Source: Lytechinus pictus
Lineage: Eukaryota
NCBI RefSeq assembly: GCF_037042905.1
Contig: NC_087251.1
Span: 48,858,001-48,922,000 of the forward strand
Reading direction: 5' to 3'
Length of the DNA stretch: 64,000 nt
Made by a program: the position numbers and the translations under genes. Under the pieces are notes generated by a model. The model worked only from the letters and a program-made list of their open reading frames with translations, was not told the DNA's origin and made no database searches. Shown here one piece after another: positions 24,601-39,600 of this stretch (within the stretch, counting starts at the first letter, position 1; each line of letters opens with the position of its first letter).

Positions 24601-27600
24601 AAGTTTCACAAACTATATCCATAAACTTTCAAAGTTAAGATGGCAATTCAACAAATATCCCAACATGGCCAAAGTTCATTGACCCTACATGACCTTTGAC
24701 CTTGTTCATGTGACCCAGCTCAGGCAGGATGTCTAGTGATACACCATTACCGATATGTCCAAGTTTCATTAAATAGGTCCATATACTTTCTAAGTTATGA
24801 TGACACTTCAAAAACTTAACCTTGGTTAAGATTTCAATGCTGATTCCCCCAACATGGTCTAAATTCAATTGACCCTAAATGACCTTTGACATTGGTCATG
24901 TGACCTGAAACTCAGGCAGAATGCCCAGTAATACTTGATTACCCCAATGTCCAAGTTTCATGAATAGGTCCACATACTGGTACTTTCTTATGCTGATATT
25001 TCAAACCTTTGTTAAGATTTCAATGTTGACGACGCAGCCGCCGTCGGAAAAGTGGCGACTATAGTCTCGCTCTGCTATGCAGGCGAGACAGAAAGGAAAA
25101 GAGGAAGTTCAAGTTTAAAATTGCTAAAATGGTTTGTAATGACATGTAATTTGGTCAAAGACCAGAACTGAAATTTAAAATTGGGATTTTCATGAATCAG
25201 AAATAGCAATTCCACATCTTCAGTAGATAGCAAAAAAGGGGGAATTGAAGGAGAGAACATAGAAATACTAAAAACATGGCTATATAAAGGTATATGTAAA
25301 GGAGAGGGGCTGATTGCATGCCTACAAAATTTTTATCAGAATTGCTAATATTGCCCATTCATGTTAAAGGGGAATCCAACCCAAATAAAAACTTGTTTTC
25401 AGAGGAAAAAGAAAAATCAGACAAGTTGATAGGTAAAAGTTTGAACAATATCGGACAAACAAGTTAAGAATTTAAAAAAAAATTGGTAATCACTATACCC
25501 ATGGAGACTTCAAATTGGCCGCATATGTGATGTCATAGTGATGTAAGGCAAGGGCTACTCTTACATGTACCCAAATACATAAAATGGCTAAAATGCCATT
25601 TTTCAGAAGTTATGCTTCAAATTATACTTTTCTTTCATGAGGACATAAAACAATATACTACCTGGGTAGGCTGGGTTATATTAAGATTTCCGCCCAAGGG
25701 GAATGGGTACTTAGAAGAAAACCACAAATCCCTGATAATTAAGCACACAGCCTTGGGAAAGTTGTCCTTGCCCCGTGTCATAATTTACTTACCCAGTTGC
25801 CAATTTGAAATCTACTCTACATAGTCTTAGGGATCTCAATTTCAAAGCATCCATAACTTTCTTATTGCTTGTCCGATTTCTTTCAAATTTTCACCATTCT
25901 GTTTTCTTTATTTTTCTCCTTTCAAACACAACATTTATGACCAAGGCCGGGTTCCCCTTTAAGTAAAAGTAATAAAATGAAAATAATTCTATATCTACAG
26001 TAGATTGGAAAGGATGTTTATAACTGTAGTGATTGAAATGAACCAACACCAATTCAACTAATGTATCAATATGAAATTCCATCAATTTCCTTTATTCAAA
26101 CACTGACATTGTCATATGTCCATTTTTCAATTGCTTGATATTCAAATCATTTTTTTCTCATTATGCCACTGCCTATGCCTGTGAATTGTAGTCCTGCCAT
26201 AGATCAGCCATTTTAGGTGAAATCCTTTGTAAAATAATTTGACTCAAAATATTTATAATTCAGTCAAATGAAAATCTGTATATTATTTGAATTAGATACT
26301 TTGGGTGACATAATATGAAAGTTTAGTAAACAATAAAACTGATTTTGTTTAGATATCTGAAGCTTAAGAAACTAGCTTACTCTACCCATGAGGAAAAGGA
26401 ATTCTCTTCAATGAATTTGAATAGTTAGTAATATCAGGCATGCCTATTGATAATACATGTTTTCATACCGATATTTCCTTTATTCAAATATGTTTGTTTC
26501 ACGAGAAATAAACCCACTAAAATATTATTCTGAATACAATTTCTAATCTGTTTTTCTACGAGGATAAAAGAGTATTAAGAACCATGGGAGGAAATACAAA
26601 GAGAGAGAGAGGAGCAAACCTTTGCAGATGATTCACCAATGCCTTCATGATGGTTAATCTTGGTTGGACTTTTCTTCACAAGTGGTACTTTCTTTCCAGC
26701 GATTTTAAGCTTAGTTTCATTCCCCGCTGCAAATAATTCAAGTAATAACAGCAACATTTATCATAGCATACAAAATATCTGTTGAATAAAAAAATGTACT
26801 ACATCGGCCATAAAGAAAATAACAGTAAAAAAAAAAGAAGATAACTGACATTATTGACACCTCCACACACACACACACACACACACGCACAAATAAATGA
26901 AATAAAGGGTCTTAAATTCATCCTGCAGATGACCATTTATTCTTTTATAAAACACTGCATATAAAGCCAAGCCAAAATTATGCAGAACGTGAAATTTACC
27001 AGTGTAGAATGTAGGCTAAGTCAAATCAATAATCTCAATCAAAGTACAGTCTATGCAAAATATGTTATCTAAAATGTCAAGCTTGGCTGATTTTATCACG
27101 TTCATTCTACATTTAAATTACTTTCTTGCAGTCTATTAAAAATAGTTGCATTTAACTAAAAAACAAAATCAAAGGCAATATTCTGAACATGCATTATGTA
27201 TGTGTTTTATTGGGGGGGGGGGGATACAAAACCTAAAACAACTTGGTATGTAGTATCGATTGTTTTAAGTCTGGCTAATAAGTTTTCTTGACAGTACACA
27301 TGAAACCATTTTGACAAAACTTAATCAAATGTCTAAGAAATATGGAAAATACATGATTTCATAAAATACCTAGTTTCTTCAAAGGAGATTCAGCAAGGCT
27401 AGAGCTACTTTCATCACTCAAAAGGCTGTACACTGATGTTGTAGTCATCTGAGCTTTCTTTCCTATCTTTGATAAATTTTGTTCACCTTCAAGTAATAAA
27501 TTACAACAATCATTTTATTAGCAAATGGAGAGGCAAATTCAAAGTATTGCATGATAAAATAATTTTTCAGAGATGTGGGAATAATAAAGAGAGAGAGCGA

Positions 27601-30600
27601 GAATGGAGAAAATTCAATAGAATCTGCATCGAACAGTTGTATAGACGTGATTACAAACAAGTGTATGAATACATTATTAGTTAATATAAGTACATAACAC
27701 ACAAGAGACTATAAATAACCAATGAAGGTTAGAAAGGGTGTGCCAAGGTACATATCAAGTTAAGGAAGATTCTCATCAAATTCCCATTAAACGGTGCATT
27801 TAAGATATACTTATAGACATTTCATAGCAGATAATGTATTGGCCAAAGGGCAGTTCCAAGGTAACGGAGTGACATTCAGAAAACAAATTTTTATCATTCA
27901 AACAAAGATATCACCCATATTTAAATAGTTATTTGCAAAGAAATGGTACCTGACAGTAGTTGCTAAAACCCACTTTTCAAAATAATAACATTCTTTATTT
28001 TGATCCACTGAATTACTGAGATATGAATATTCATAAACATGGTTATGGAGTGACGTAAAATGGACATGCATATTCGAGGAGAAAACAAACTCTGTAAACT
28101 TTAAATGGCAACCACAATGATTGGATTCTATGTTGTTCTAGCTTTAATACGTTGCATTACATTAAAAAAAATGTGTATTTTTTCATTAATCACAACTTAA
28201 AACATAAACCCATACCCAGTTACGGAGTGACATCTGAAATATTCACACACAGGCAGCGTAAAATGAACTTATATTTTAAAATTTTCTTTTGATATGATGT
28301 GAAATGATGACCTTCAGATTATCTAAAAGAAAATTTTACAAACCAAGCAATAGTTTTCTGTTAAATTGAAATTAAGTAAAAAACATTATATGAAGTCCCA
28401 TGTATAGAATTTTTTGTATGGTTTGGATTCTCCTATAAGGACATGCGTCAGAAAAAAAAATTGTGGCTAATTATGTTCCCCTTTTGTATTTACGAAATCC
28501 CATAAGAGTTTTGATAGAAATATTTGATCCAGATTTGAAATAGAGCCAATATAAATTTTTGGAAAATGTCCACTTTTGCTTGGAATTGCCCCAAACACCA
28601 CTTTGTTATCATGCATTGTATCCCTCCCAATTGTTCAATATGTAAAATTTCCTTAAATATTAAGAACACTTATTTGAACAATTATTAGATTCTAGCCCAA
28701 TAAAAATTCACAGATTATTGATATTTATTTCTTTTTTACCTTTTGAATGAGACTTTGAGTGAGAAGATTTCCTATTAGACATCTGTGACAATTTCAGAAT
28801 TCTGCTTGATACCGTGCTTGATTTTCTCTTTTGCTCTACAGAATAAGAATAAAATATACATCATTACAGGAAATAAATTCACAGATAAGCAAAATGCAAG
28901 CTTCCTTCTCTAAAGATGAAACATTATTGCAAAGTCCAATTAATGAAATCATGTAATGTATATAGGTACACTTGCTTTAAATCAAGCAGCTAAAACTAAT
29001 CCCCAAAGAATTACAAACTTTAGCTTTTTCTTTACCTTTATCAGAAAATGGTACTACATGAAACTCTCTTCTTATTCTTTTGCCTCAGAATGGGTACTTG
29101 CTTATAAAAGGAAGAAAATATGTACAGCAAAAATTACAAGGAAATACATTCAATAAATTTGTTGAAGAATTTTAAACCTTGGGCCTAGATTAAACTCCCT
29201 CAGTACAGGCAGAGATTATCTACGGCAATGTTTTTCTGAACAGCATGCATAGACTATATAATCAATGCAATTTCAGTAATCAAGGAAGATACATTCAATA
29301 AATCTTTCAAAGAATTTTCAACCTTGGGCATAGATTAAACTCCCTCAGTACAGGCAGAGATTATCTAAGGCAATGTTTTTTTCTGAACAGCATGCATAGA
29401 CTATATAATCAATACTATTTCAGTAATCAAGCATGGTTTATAGCCCCTTATAGTTTGTGAATTCAGGGTCCTGTAACACAAAGATTGGCGATTAATCGTA
29501 CAATTGATTTTCACAATTAATTGTACATCATATACAATGCAATCAATCGTAAAAAAAACATATTCTACGATCACTGCTAAGCTTTGTGTTACGGGACCCA
29601 GGTCTGTATGTTTTTACCTGGTAAATCTCTAGGGAGCTCGATATCAGAGTAGTCACTGATGGAGTCGTCACGGGTCTCTGCATTTGTAAGGGTTGTCTCT
29701 CCATCAGACAAAGTTGTACTTTCCTCCAAGAAATCTAAATCATAAACCAATTTCATTATGAATTAAAGTTGGCTTTAGATTTGAATTAGTGGTATTCTGG
29801 TAGCCATGGTACAGTTAAACCTGTGTTAAATTAGACCACACTTTTATGGAGTGCCCATTGTCAACCCATTCACCAATTTAAAATTATTCTTATCCTGCTG
29901 CAAATATTGTATAAAAAAAATAAATTGAGTCGTGAAATGGGAATAGGAAAATACAAAAATGTAATGAATTATAATGAATCAATTTGTAGATTATAATTGC
30001 AACGAATATCTACAAATATTATGAAGCCCAGCATTCCACAGAAATGTGGTTTAAAATTCTAATTTATCATCATCATCATCATCTAGTACAGGAAGAAGGC
30101 GGTGGCCTGTAATTCCCGGTCACTCCATCTATGGTTTTAGTCTGGTGAGTTTATTACTGTACGCATGCTGAGGAGTGGGAGTCATGGTAGATCAAAGCGA
30201 TGATCCCACCAATGTTTATCTACATGCCTTTTAAATGATTCTGTTGTTGGCAAGACGACTATACTTTCCGGGAGGCTATTCCAATCATCTATCCCTCTTC
30301 TGCTAAAAGACTTGCTGCGAATGTCCAGTCTACAGTGCTCTTTCTGAAGCTTCAGGCAGTGTCCCCTTGTTGATCTGCCTACTGATTTTGTGAAGAAGTG
30401 ATCTAGAGGGAGATTGATAAGTCCATGCATTAGCTGGTGCACGAAGATCATGTCTCCTCTTCTCCTCCTGTACAGCAGGGAGTACAAGTTCAATTCTTTG
30501 AGTCTGTCTTGATATGGGACATTCTTCAGCTCTCTGACCAGCTTGGTTGCCCTTCTTTGGACCCTTTCGATCCTCCTTGCATCTTCTTTGAATCTGCTAT

Positions 30601-33600
30601 GCCAGAGGATACTCCCATATTCAAGGTGGGGTCTTATTAGGGTTTTGAAGAGCAGAGGCAGAGTTGTCCTTGTGAGTTGAGTGAATGTCCTTTTCATTAT
30701 GGCGAGGAGTTGGTATCCTTTGCTAACTGCTGATGACACATGCTGGTGAAATTTCAGCTGACAGTCCACTATTACACCGAGATCCTTTTCGGCTTCCACT
30801 ACTTGCAAGTCTTTCCCATGCATATGGTAGCTTTTTCCAAGGTTTCTCCTGCCGATGTGCAACACTTTACATTTGTCATCATTGAAGGGTAATTGCCATC
30901 TCTCAGACCACTCAATAAGGTAATTCAGGTCGTCTTGAAGACCACTCGTCTGTGAAGGTGTATTTCCAGTACTATAGAGTTTCGTGTCATCAGCAAATAA
31001 TACCACTCTGCTATTTATTACGTCAGATGGGAGGTCATTTATGTAGATCAAGAAGAGGACTGGTCCGAGGACACTTCCTTGCGGAATTCCGCTTGTAACA
31101 GGTGACCAGTCGGATGATTCTCCATTAACAAAGACTCTTTGTACTCTTCCGATCAAAAATGCTCTAATCCAGTTCAGGAGTTTACCTTCTATACCATGTG
31201 CCTTTAGCTTGAGTAAGAGCCTTTGATGGGGAACGCTATCGAATGCCTTCCGAAAATCAAGGTATAGGACATCGATTGTTTCACCTTCATCTAATAACCT
31301 TGACCATTCCTCAAGAACATAAAGAAGTTGAGTGGCACACGTCCTTCCTGGGGTAAATCCATGCTGACTCTGTGTGAGTAGGTCATTTCTTAGCAAGTGC
31401 GTAACTATAACATCTCGAAGAATTTTCTCCATCAACTTTCCTGCAACGGACGTAAGGCTAACAGGCCTATAATTTGAGGCTTGGGTTCTACTCCCTTTCT
31501 TATGGATTGGTACTACAGTTCCCTGCTTCCAGTCCGATGGGAGTTTACCTTCCTGCATAGACTTGTTACAGATTAATGTCAATGGTTTAGCAATGGACTC
31601 AGCTAGCTCATATAATACTTTAGGATGCAACCCATCTGGTCCTGGTGACTTATTTGTATTCAAGTTTTTTAACTTTTTGCTGACATCTATCTCTTGTACT
31701 TTTACTTCACTTAGCGTGGGTAGGTCACTTCGCAAAGGAACTTGTATATCCGGTATACTGTCCATGTCCTCTCTAGTGAATACTTCGGAGAAATAATCGT
31801 TAAGAACACTTGCTATTTCACTATCTGATTCAGTAAGTTGTCCATTACCCTTCATGAGGCTTGTAATACGACCTTTACTCTTTACCTTGCTGTTAGCATA
31901 ACGCCAAAAAGCTTTGGGATTATGGCCAATGTTTTCAACTAGGTCGAGTTCAAAGTTGTTACTTGCTGCTCTTGTTTCTTTCCTTAATTGGTTCCTCACT
32001 CGTTTATACTGTCTGTAGTCGATTTCTCTCTCGTCTCTGGTCCTGTTCACATCTGAATATCGTTTCCAGTAACGCGTCTTCTTCTTAGACAACTTAAGTA
32101 TAGCTTTTGATACATAAATATTTCGTCTCTTATCCGTGTTACACTTGCGTACTGGTACATAATTTTCCACACCTTCTTTTATATTGTGAAACAATGAGGT
32201 CCAAGCTTGTTCACAAGTTTTGCCAGTAAAATCCTTATCCCAGTCAATTTTTTCAAGAGTCTCATTCATGGAATTGTAGTCCCCTTTCTGGAGGTTTGGG
32301 CGACTTTCTCTTTCTGGCAATTTGTCTTTTTCCTGAAGTATGTCAAGCTTGGTCAGTATACACACATGATCACTAAGTCCAAGTGGAGGTAAATAATCAA
32401 TTGAAGATATTAGGTCATCAGCTGTACATGTAAATGCAAGATCCAGAACGTTTGGATTTTGGCCATGTCTATATCGTGTAGGCTCATATATATGCTGGTG
32501 CAGGAATGCTTCCTGGGTGGCAGTGAGAAACATGTACGATGTATTATTGGAGGTCGAATTTACATGCGATCTTTTCCAGTTGATGTCCGGAAAGTTGAAA
32601 TCTCCCATTATCAAAAGATGCTTCTCTCTGTTTTCACTGGCCAACTCTATGAGTTCACAAAGTAACTTAGACTCGGGTTTAACCTAGGTTTAGTTATCAG
32701 AATACCACCTTATATGTAGACCATGAAAAACATATGAAATTTTTGCCAGCATAAATCCCGCAAACCTGTATTGCATTCTGAAATCCAGTTTAACTTGGCC
32801 TTGGTCCAACTTAAAATCCAATGTCATGGCTTAGGATGGCCTATTGATTCTCTGGGCCCCTCCTAATTGGCCTTGAATAATTGGTGCACACTTTTTCAAT
32901 TTTCCTATTTATGCAATACAAATATATGCCCCATTGAAAAGTGGTTTGCCTTGAAAATCTCAAGATTTAAGGCCAAACTGAAGGGAAGCTGCATATGCGA
33001 AAATTGTATTTACATTAAATCATACATGATGTTTACATTGCTCTTTGTCCATGCTTTCATCGTGGGGAAAATTGTTTTAATAGTTATGAATGATTAAGGT
33101 GTCAAATGAGCTGATAAATTGAACCTGTACAGTTGTGATTTGTGTTTCGGTTGGCATTCCAGAGTTATAACACAACTTCAAACCAGTTCACAACTGATGA
33201 AGCACCAATATATTATATAAATTAGTTGTAACACTACATTTTGTACAGTGAAACTACATGAGATATCAATAGTACACGCATGTACATACACTTACTCACA
33301 AGTCTAAATTCACGTTCCTTACATCTCTCGATATTGTCACTTCAGCATTGCTCCACATTTGAGAGCCAAATTTTTAAAGAACATGGACCCAAGTTATATG
33401 CTTGGAAAGTATAATAAAACAACAAAGAAATAAATTTGAATATCTTGAAAATATAGCTTTATTCAGAATTCTTCACTCGCAGATTGTCTGTATTAATGAC
33501 TGCAAATCTAGTAGTATGCCTCTCTCTCACGGTGTACCGCAGGGTTCTGTGGGCGGGCCCACTTTGTTTTCGATTTACTTGATTAGTTTGGGACATATCT

Positions 33601-36600
33601 TACAACGCCACAACATCAATTATCATATCTATGTCGTTGACATCCATCTCTATCTCTCCTTCAAACCAAATCAGGCTGATGCAACAAATGCAATCGCCCT
33701 TCTTGAGAATTGTTAAGCTGACATTCACTCCTGGCTGGATAGTCATTCATTGAAATTTAATCCCTCCAAAACTGAGTTCCTTCTATTTGGTTCAAGGGCT
33801 CAACTTTGTAAGGTCAAGTTGTCATCCATATCTTTTTCGGAGTGTACCATTAATGTGTCCCAGACGTGTCGTAACTCTCTTCTTTCACTGCGCCCTGGGC
33901 ACTCTGCCAAGTGGATTTGGCGCATTACAAATCACATATATTATTATTATTATTATAGTTATTCTAACTTGCATGCTTACTGTATGCCCTCCAACTCGAT
34001 TTTAAAACAAGCAGGGCCTTCTGTTTTAGCAATTCACAAGAAAGAGTTGAAGTCCAAAATATCGCGCACCTTACGTACGGGACACTCAGAGATTTTCAAC
34101 CTCTGAAAAATATTTTAAAAAGCATTTGAATTTTTCTGTTATATAGTATGATTGATACCTATGAAAAGAATATTGTTTTAAAGTTTGATGACATTTGACC
34201 TTGGATTAATTATTTTATCAACAAAAAGTACCAACTTATGCATGGGACCACAAAAAATTAGATTAAAAAAAGTTCAAGTTAAAAATTATCTGCAAGTATT
34301 TTATTGATGAACTTGTGTTTAGCTGTGAAGAAATGTACAATACTGAACATCATTTCAGTAAGTTTTAATAATTTAATTCAAAAGGATATTAAACAAGGCA
34401 TTTTTGTTGATGTAAAATTTATTACAAAAAGTACACCTTACGTCCCAAATGAGCACCTATGCTCATGAATGTAATAATGAATATCTCCATAGCTTCATAT
34501 TCAGATCTACAAATTAAATTACACTTTGTAAGAAAAAAAAAACGGACTTATAAGTGGTCACTACCCAAGTTATGCAACCAAATTAAAGCTATTCTTTTTC
34601 ATTTATGAGAATTAATTAATAAAATAAAAGACTGATTAAATTTCAACACCTAGTTTTGTTTTTTCGGAAGTCAAAGTAAATTCATTATAGAGCTTCTTAA
34701 AATATGATTGGTCAATGTTTGATAAAAAAAAACATAAAAAACATACTAAAATCCTTATGTATGGGACACCTGGTTCACAGAAATTGCATAATTTGCATAA
34801 TTAATGAACTGATCCTGTCTTATCAATTGCAAATTAAACCAGACCATAGAGGGTCCATGTCCATAAAGGAACTAGATCAAAAATAAACTGATATTAGGTG
34901 AATATTTTTAGATCATCCCATACGTACGGTGCTATTTCAAATTATGCAAATGAGGGCATCCATTGTTGCATAAATTTGCATGATTTACAATATTGAATTA
35001 CTGGAAATAGATTATTTAACTCTTTAGCTACAATATTATAGCAATTGTTTTTGCATTTAGTCGAGATGATTTTTTTTTACATCTGAGGGGACATTACCTT
35101 GGACTTGCCCATATATTTTGGGAGCATTTTCTCAACTATCATGTATACAATTGGCAGTAATGATATATTATTTTGACAGCTCCTGTAACAAAATAGTATT
35201 TTTACCATTGCTTTGATTTGTAAGGAATATTGTTTCAAAACTATTCATTCTAAATCATCTCCAATATCTCTTCAGGGATCAAAATATAGACCAGCCTTAA
35301 AAATTTTCCTTGAGTGTGAATAATGGGAGACATAACATTTGTTCCTGCAACAATTGCCCTGGGCTTTCTTTTGTCTAAAATGTAGGGTAAGGGTTGCAAT
35401 ATGGTTTAATATTAGGTTTAGGGTTAGGTTAAAGGAAGGGTATGTTAAACCAAGGGTTGAAGTTGGTCATTTGATTACTGTGTGGAATTTATAGTGGAGC
35501 AAATGTTGCCAGAGCAAATGTCATGGAACCAAATAATCTCATAATAATCTTACCTGAGAGGTAAAGAATGGAGTCGTCAATATCATCACTTGTATCTTCA
35601 TTAGGGGAAGTTCTAGCCATTGGAGAGTACTGTTTTCTGTATCTCATGCCCAATCCCTTTCCTTCTACTTTCAAAGGAGTTGGCTTCTGTAAACATAAGA
35701 AATTACTATGAAAGGATACTATGATCACCCCCTTAATCAGTCAAAATACAGAAAACAATTAAATATAAAGAATTTTTTTTTAAATTAATACATACTGGAT
35801 ATTAGCAAGGATTTTCCTTTTTTTAATACTTTCCTGAACACTCTTACAATACATATTTTTCATTAATAGGAAGAACAAAAGTTAGCTCATGGAAAGGTAT
35901 GGGTTGGAAGAAACTATTGTGAAAGTGGTAAAGAGAAGGGCATCGAGATGGATGGGCCATGTGTTGAGGGGGGATGATGAACCTATGAAAAGAGCATGGG
36001 ATCTGGAAGTGAATGGCATAAATAAAAGGGAATAGAAGACCAAAGATTACATGAAAGGTATGATGAAGAAGAAAAACAGCAAGTTTGGTCTGAACAAGGA
36101 GGATGCCGAAGGCAAATTAGTAGAAGGAGGAATTGTCATCATGGCGCGGAAGTCAGATACCTTTTGTAATAGCAAAAAATTACTAATATAAAATATAAAT
36201 TAAACAAGTGGAGCGGCTCTGGCAGTCTCACCTGCATTACATGATTTAATATAGCAGCAGAGCTGACTTTGAAAACAACTATAAAATAATTATTCACAAA
36301 ACACCATTCATATGATACAATACTATGTTCATTGACCCTAAATGACATTTGACCTTGATTATGTGACCTAAGACTTGTCAGTGATACTGGATTACCCTTA
36401 TGTCCACAATTCATAAACTATATCCATAAACTTTGAAAGTTATGACAGCATTTTAATAATTACCTCCAACATGGCCAAAGTTCATTGACCTTAATGACCT
36501 TTTACCTTGGTCATGTGACCTCAAACTTGCACAGGATTTTCAGTGATATTTGATTACTCTTATATCCACAATTCATAAACTATATCCATAAACTTTGAAA

Positions 36601-39600
36601 GTTATGATAATTCAACAAATACCCCAACTTTGGCCAAAGTTCATTGACCTTAAATGACCTTTGACATTGGTCATGTGACCTGAAACTCGCACATGATGTT
36701 AAATGATACTTGATTATGCTTATGACCATGTTTTATGAATCAGATCCATAAACTTTTGAAGTTATGATGGTAATTCAACAAATACCCCCAACTTGGCCAA
36801 AGTTCGTTGATCCTAAATGACCTTTGACCCTGGTCATGTGACTTGAAACTCAAGTAGGATTCCCTGGGGGCCACTTACATTGATGAGTGGATACCATGCA
36901 CGACCAAAAAAACATGTAAAAATTATGTCTTTTTTAAGATAGGACATGTTACATACGTAACATAATAAGGGTGTAAAAAACACTAAAATAATGGGAAAAG
37001 GGTATTTATTTCACTAGGTAAGCTATGTGTTTAGGGTTAAATTTGTGAGGGTATAAAAAGTTAAGACTAAAATGTTTTATAAAGGATATTCGTTTAATCG
37101 TTTTGCAACAGTCAAAACTACGTGTTTAGAGTACGATATGCGCGAGGTGTGGCTGTACTAAACCCAATGATGTAGTAAAGGTAAAACCAACGACCGACGT
37201 CCGTGACATAAAACAATAAAAATATCGCTGTACTTGTATAGGGGTTCAATTCAGGAAATACTTGCCGAGAGTATCGTTTAGTTTCCAATACTTGTTAAGG
37301 GGTGCATTTTCAGAATATGGAAAATACTTGTTTAGGGTGCTTTTCGAGACCCCATGGTCGCGCATGGTATCCACTAGTCAATGGAAGTGCCCCCCCCCCC
37401 CCCCCCCCCCCCCCCGGAGTAGGATGTTCAGTAGTATTTTATTACCCTTATGGCCAAGTTTCATGAACTAGGTCCGTAAACTTTCTAAGTTATGACATTT
37501 CAAAAACTTAACTTTAGGTTTAGATTTCAATATTGACTCCCTCAACATGGTCTGAGTTTATTGACCCTAAATGACCTTTGACCTTGGTTGTGTGACCTGA
37601 AACTTAGGCAGGATGTTTAGTAATACATGATTAACCTTATATCCAAGTTTCATGAACCAGGTCCATACACTTTCTAAGTTATGCTGTCATTTCAAAAACT
37701 TAACCTTCGGTAAAGATTTGATGTTGACGCCGCCGCCGTTGGAAAAGCGGCGCCTATACTCACTGTGCTATGCAGGTGAGACAAAAATCTTGCCACAAAC
37801 TATCTGGCTAAGTTATTTGTGAGAAAAAAAATATGGCAATATGCTGATGACAGATTTTTTAGATTGCTGCATTGCTCTCTCAACTGAAAACAAATTCTTA
37901 CCCTTCGTGATGACTTTTGTGAGACAGGTTTTGGCAAAATATTCATCGTGACTCTGGAAAAAGACAAATCAAACCATAGACTTATTTGCATTACTTGTCA
38001 TTTAAAAAAGCATGACAAAACCCAACAAAAATAGAATATCTCATGTTAAAGTTCATTTATTTCTTTCTGCAATTACTAAAAGATACATAGTTTAGTTTAG
38101 TTTATTGTTCTTTATTAAAAAAATCACACCCGTCAAAACCGACGGCCGGCCTAAGAAGGTCTATGATTGATGACATCAAAATGTATAAAAGTCACATACA
38201 ATTACATGAAAAAGGAAATCATAAGGTATTCACAAAGTAAACTTAACATTTTGGGAATAAATAGCACAAAAAAACCCAAAAATGGTGAAGTAAGAAATAT
38301 TATTTTTTGAATATATTATTTTTTTACGAAGAGTGAGAATTTCATTTGCATATCTGGCTAATGAGCAGCAGAGTGTATCAGAAGACATAATAAAAATGAA
38401 TTGTTGGTAAGTGGTTAAATCATTGAACTCAGGGTAAATGTGTTTGATAGTATTGAGTAGTGGCAATCTGTAAATTTCATAGGCAGGACAAATCATAAAA
38501 CAATGGAACTCATCTTCAATATTATCCGAATTACAAATGATACAGAAGCGTCCTTCATAAGGTATATTTTGATAATGACCAGTTTCAATTGCAATAGGAG
38601 CACAACCACATCTAAACAATGCAAGTGCACTTCTATTTGATCTATTTTGGCATTGAATAGTATAGCTTGAAGTGGATGATTCCTTAAAGTTAAGATATAT
38701 GTGTTAAGTTTGTTTTTTGCATTTGCTTTTCTCCTTACATCATCAAAAATACACTTTTTCCATTTATCCTCAATATATACTTCACAGGCATCAGAAACTG
38801 ACTTTACAAAGTTGTCAGTACTTGCAACATGAGCCAAAGGTTCAATATGAGTACATTGTAACTTTACAAATATAAACTCTTTTACCTTATAACACCAGTT
38901 TTTAATTCCATTATTTGCCAGTAACTTGGACCAAACAAAGATTTTACTTGGATAGCGCACAGAATTGAGTTTACTTAACTTACTCCACAACCTTACAACA
39001 GATTGAGTTTGGTGATAAAAAGGGGGATCCCAACACATTTCACCCATAACAGCATTGTTAGGTGTGCATCTACCAACCCCCAATAAAACCTACTGGGGTG
39101 TACATGCTCTAATAAATACACTATTCTATTGATAGAAGAAAACTCCTCTATGCCCCGAAGACCGCTAGCATATTGCAGGATTGGTAATACCATAGAGTCA
39201 TACAATTTAGTATAAGCGAACCGCCCATAAGTTTAAACTTACTAATAATAATGACTAAAGCTCGAGAAGCTGATTGAGCCAGCATTTTAGTACCCTTTTG
39301 AAATATAAAGAATTTGTCAAACCAAAGACCAAGGTATTTGTATGAGTCAACAATATCAAGATTGTGACCACTAAGGTGAAAAGAAAATTTTGTCTGTTCC
39401 TGGCTCTTCTGTCGAAAATGTACAATTTGTGTTTTTGAAGAATTTGATTAAATTCTCCATTTAAGGGCCCATGCGCTAACTTTGTCTAGCATACACTGAA
39501 GATCATTTTCACTTTCAGCTATAAAAACCACAATATCATCTGCATACATAAGCATATCAATTTGTGTATCCAGTACCTGAATACCTCTATTACATAGCCT

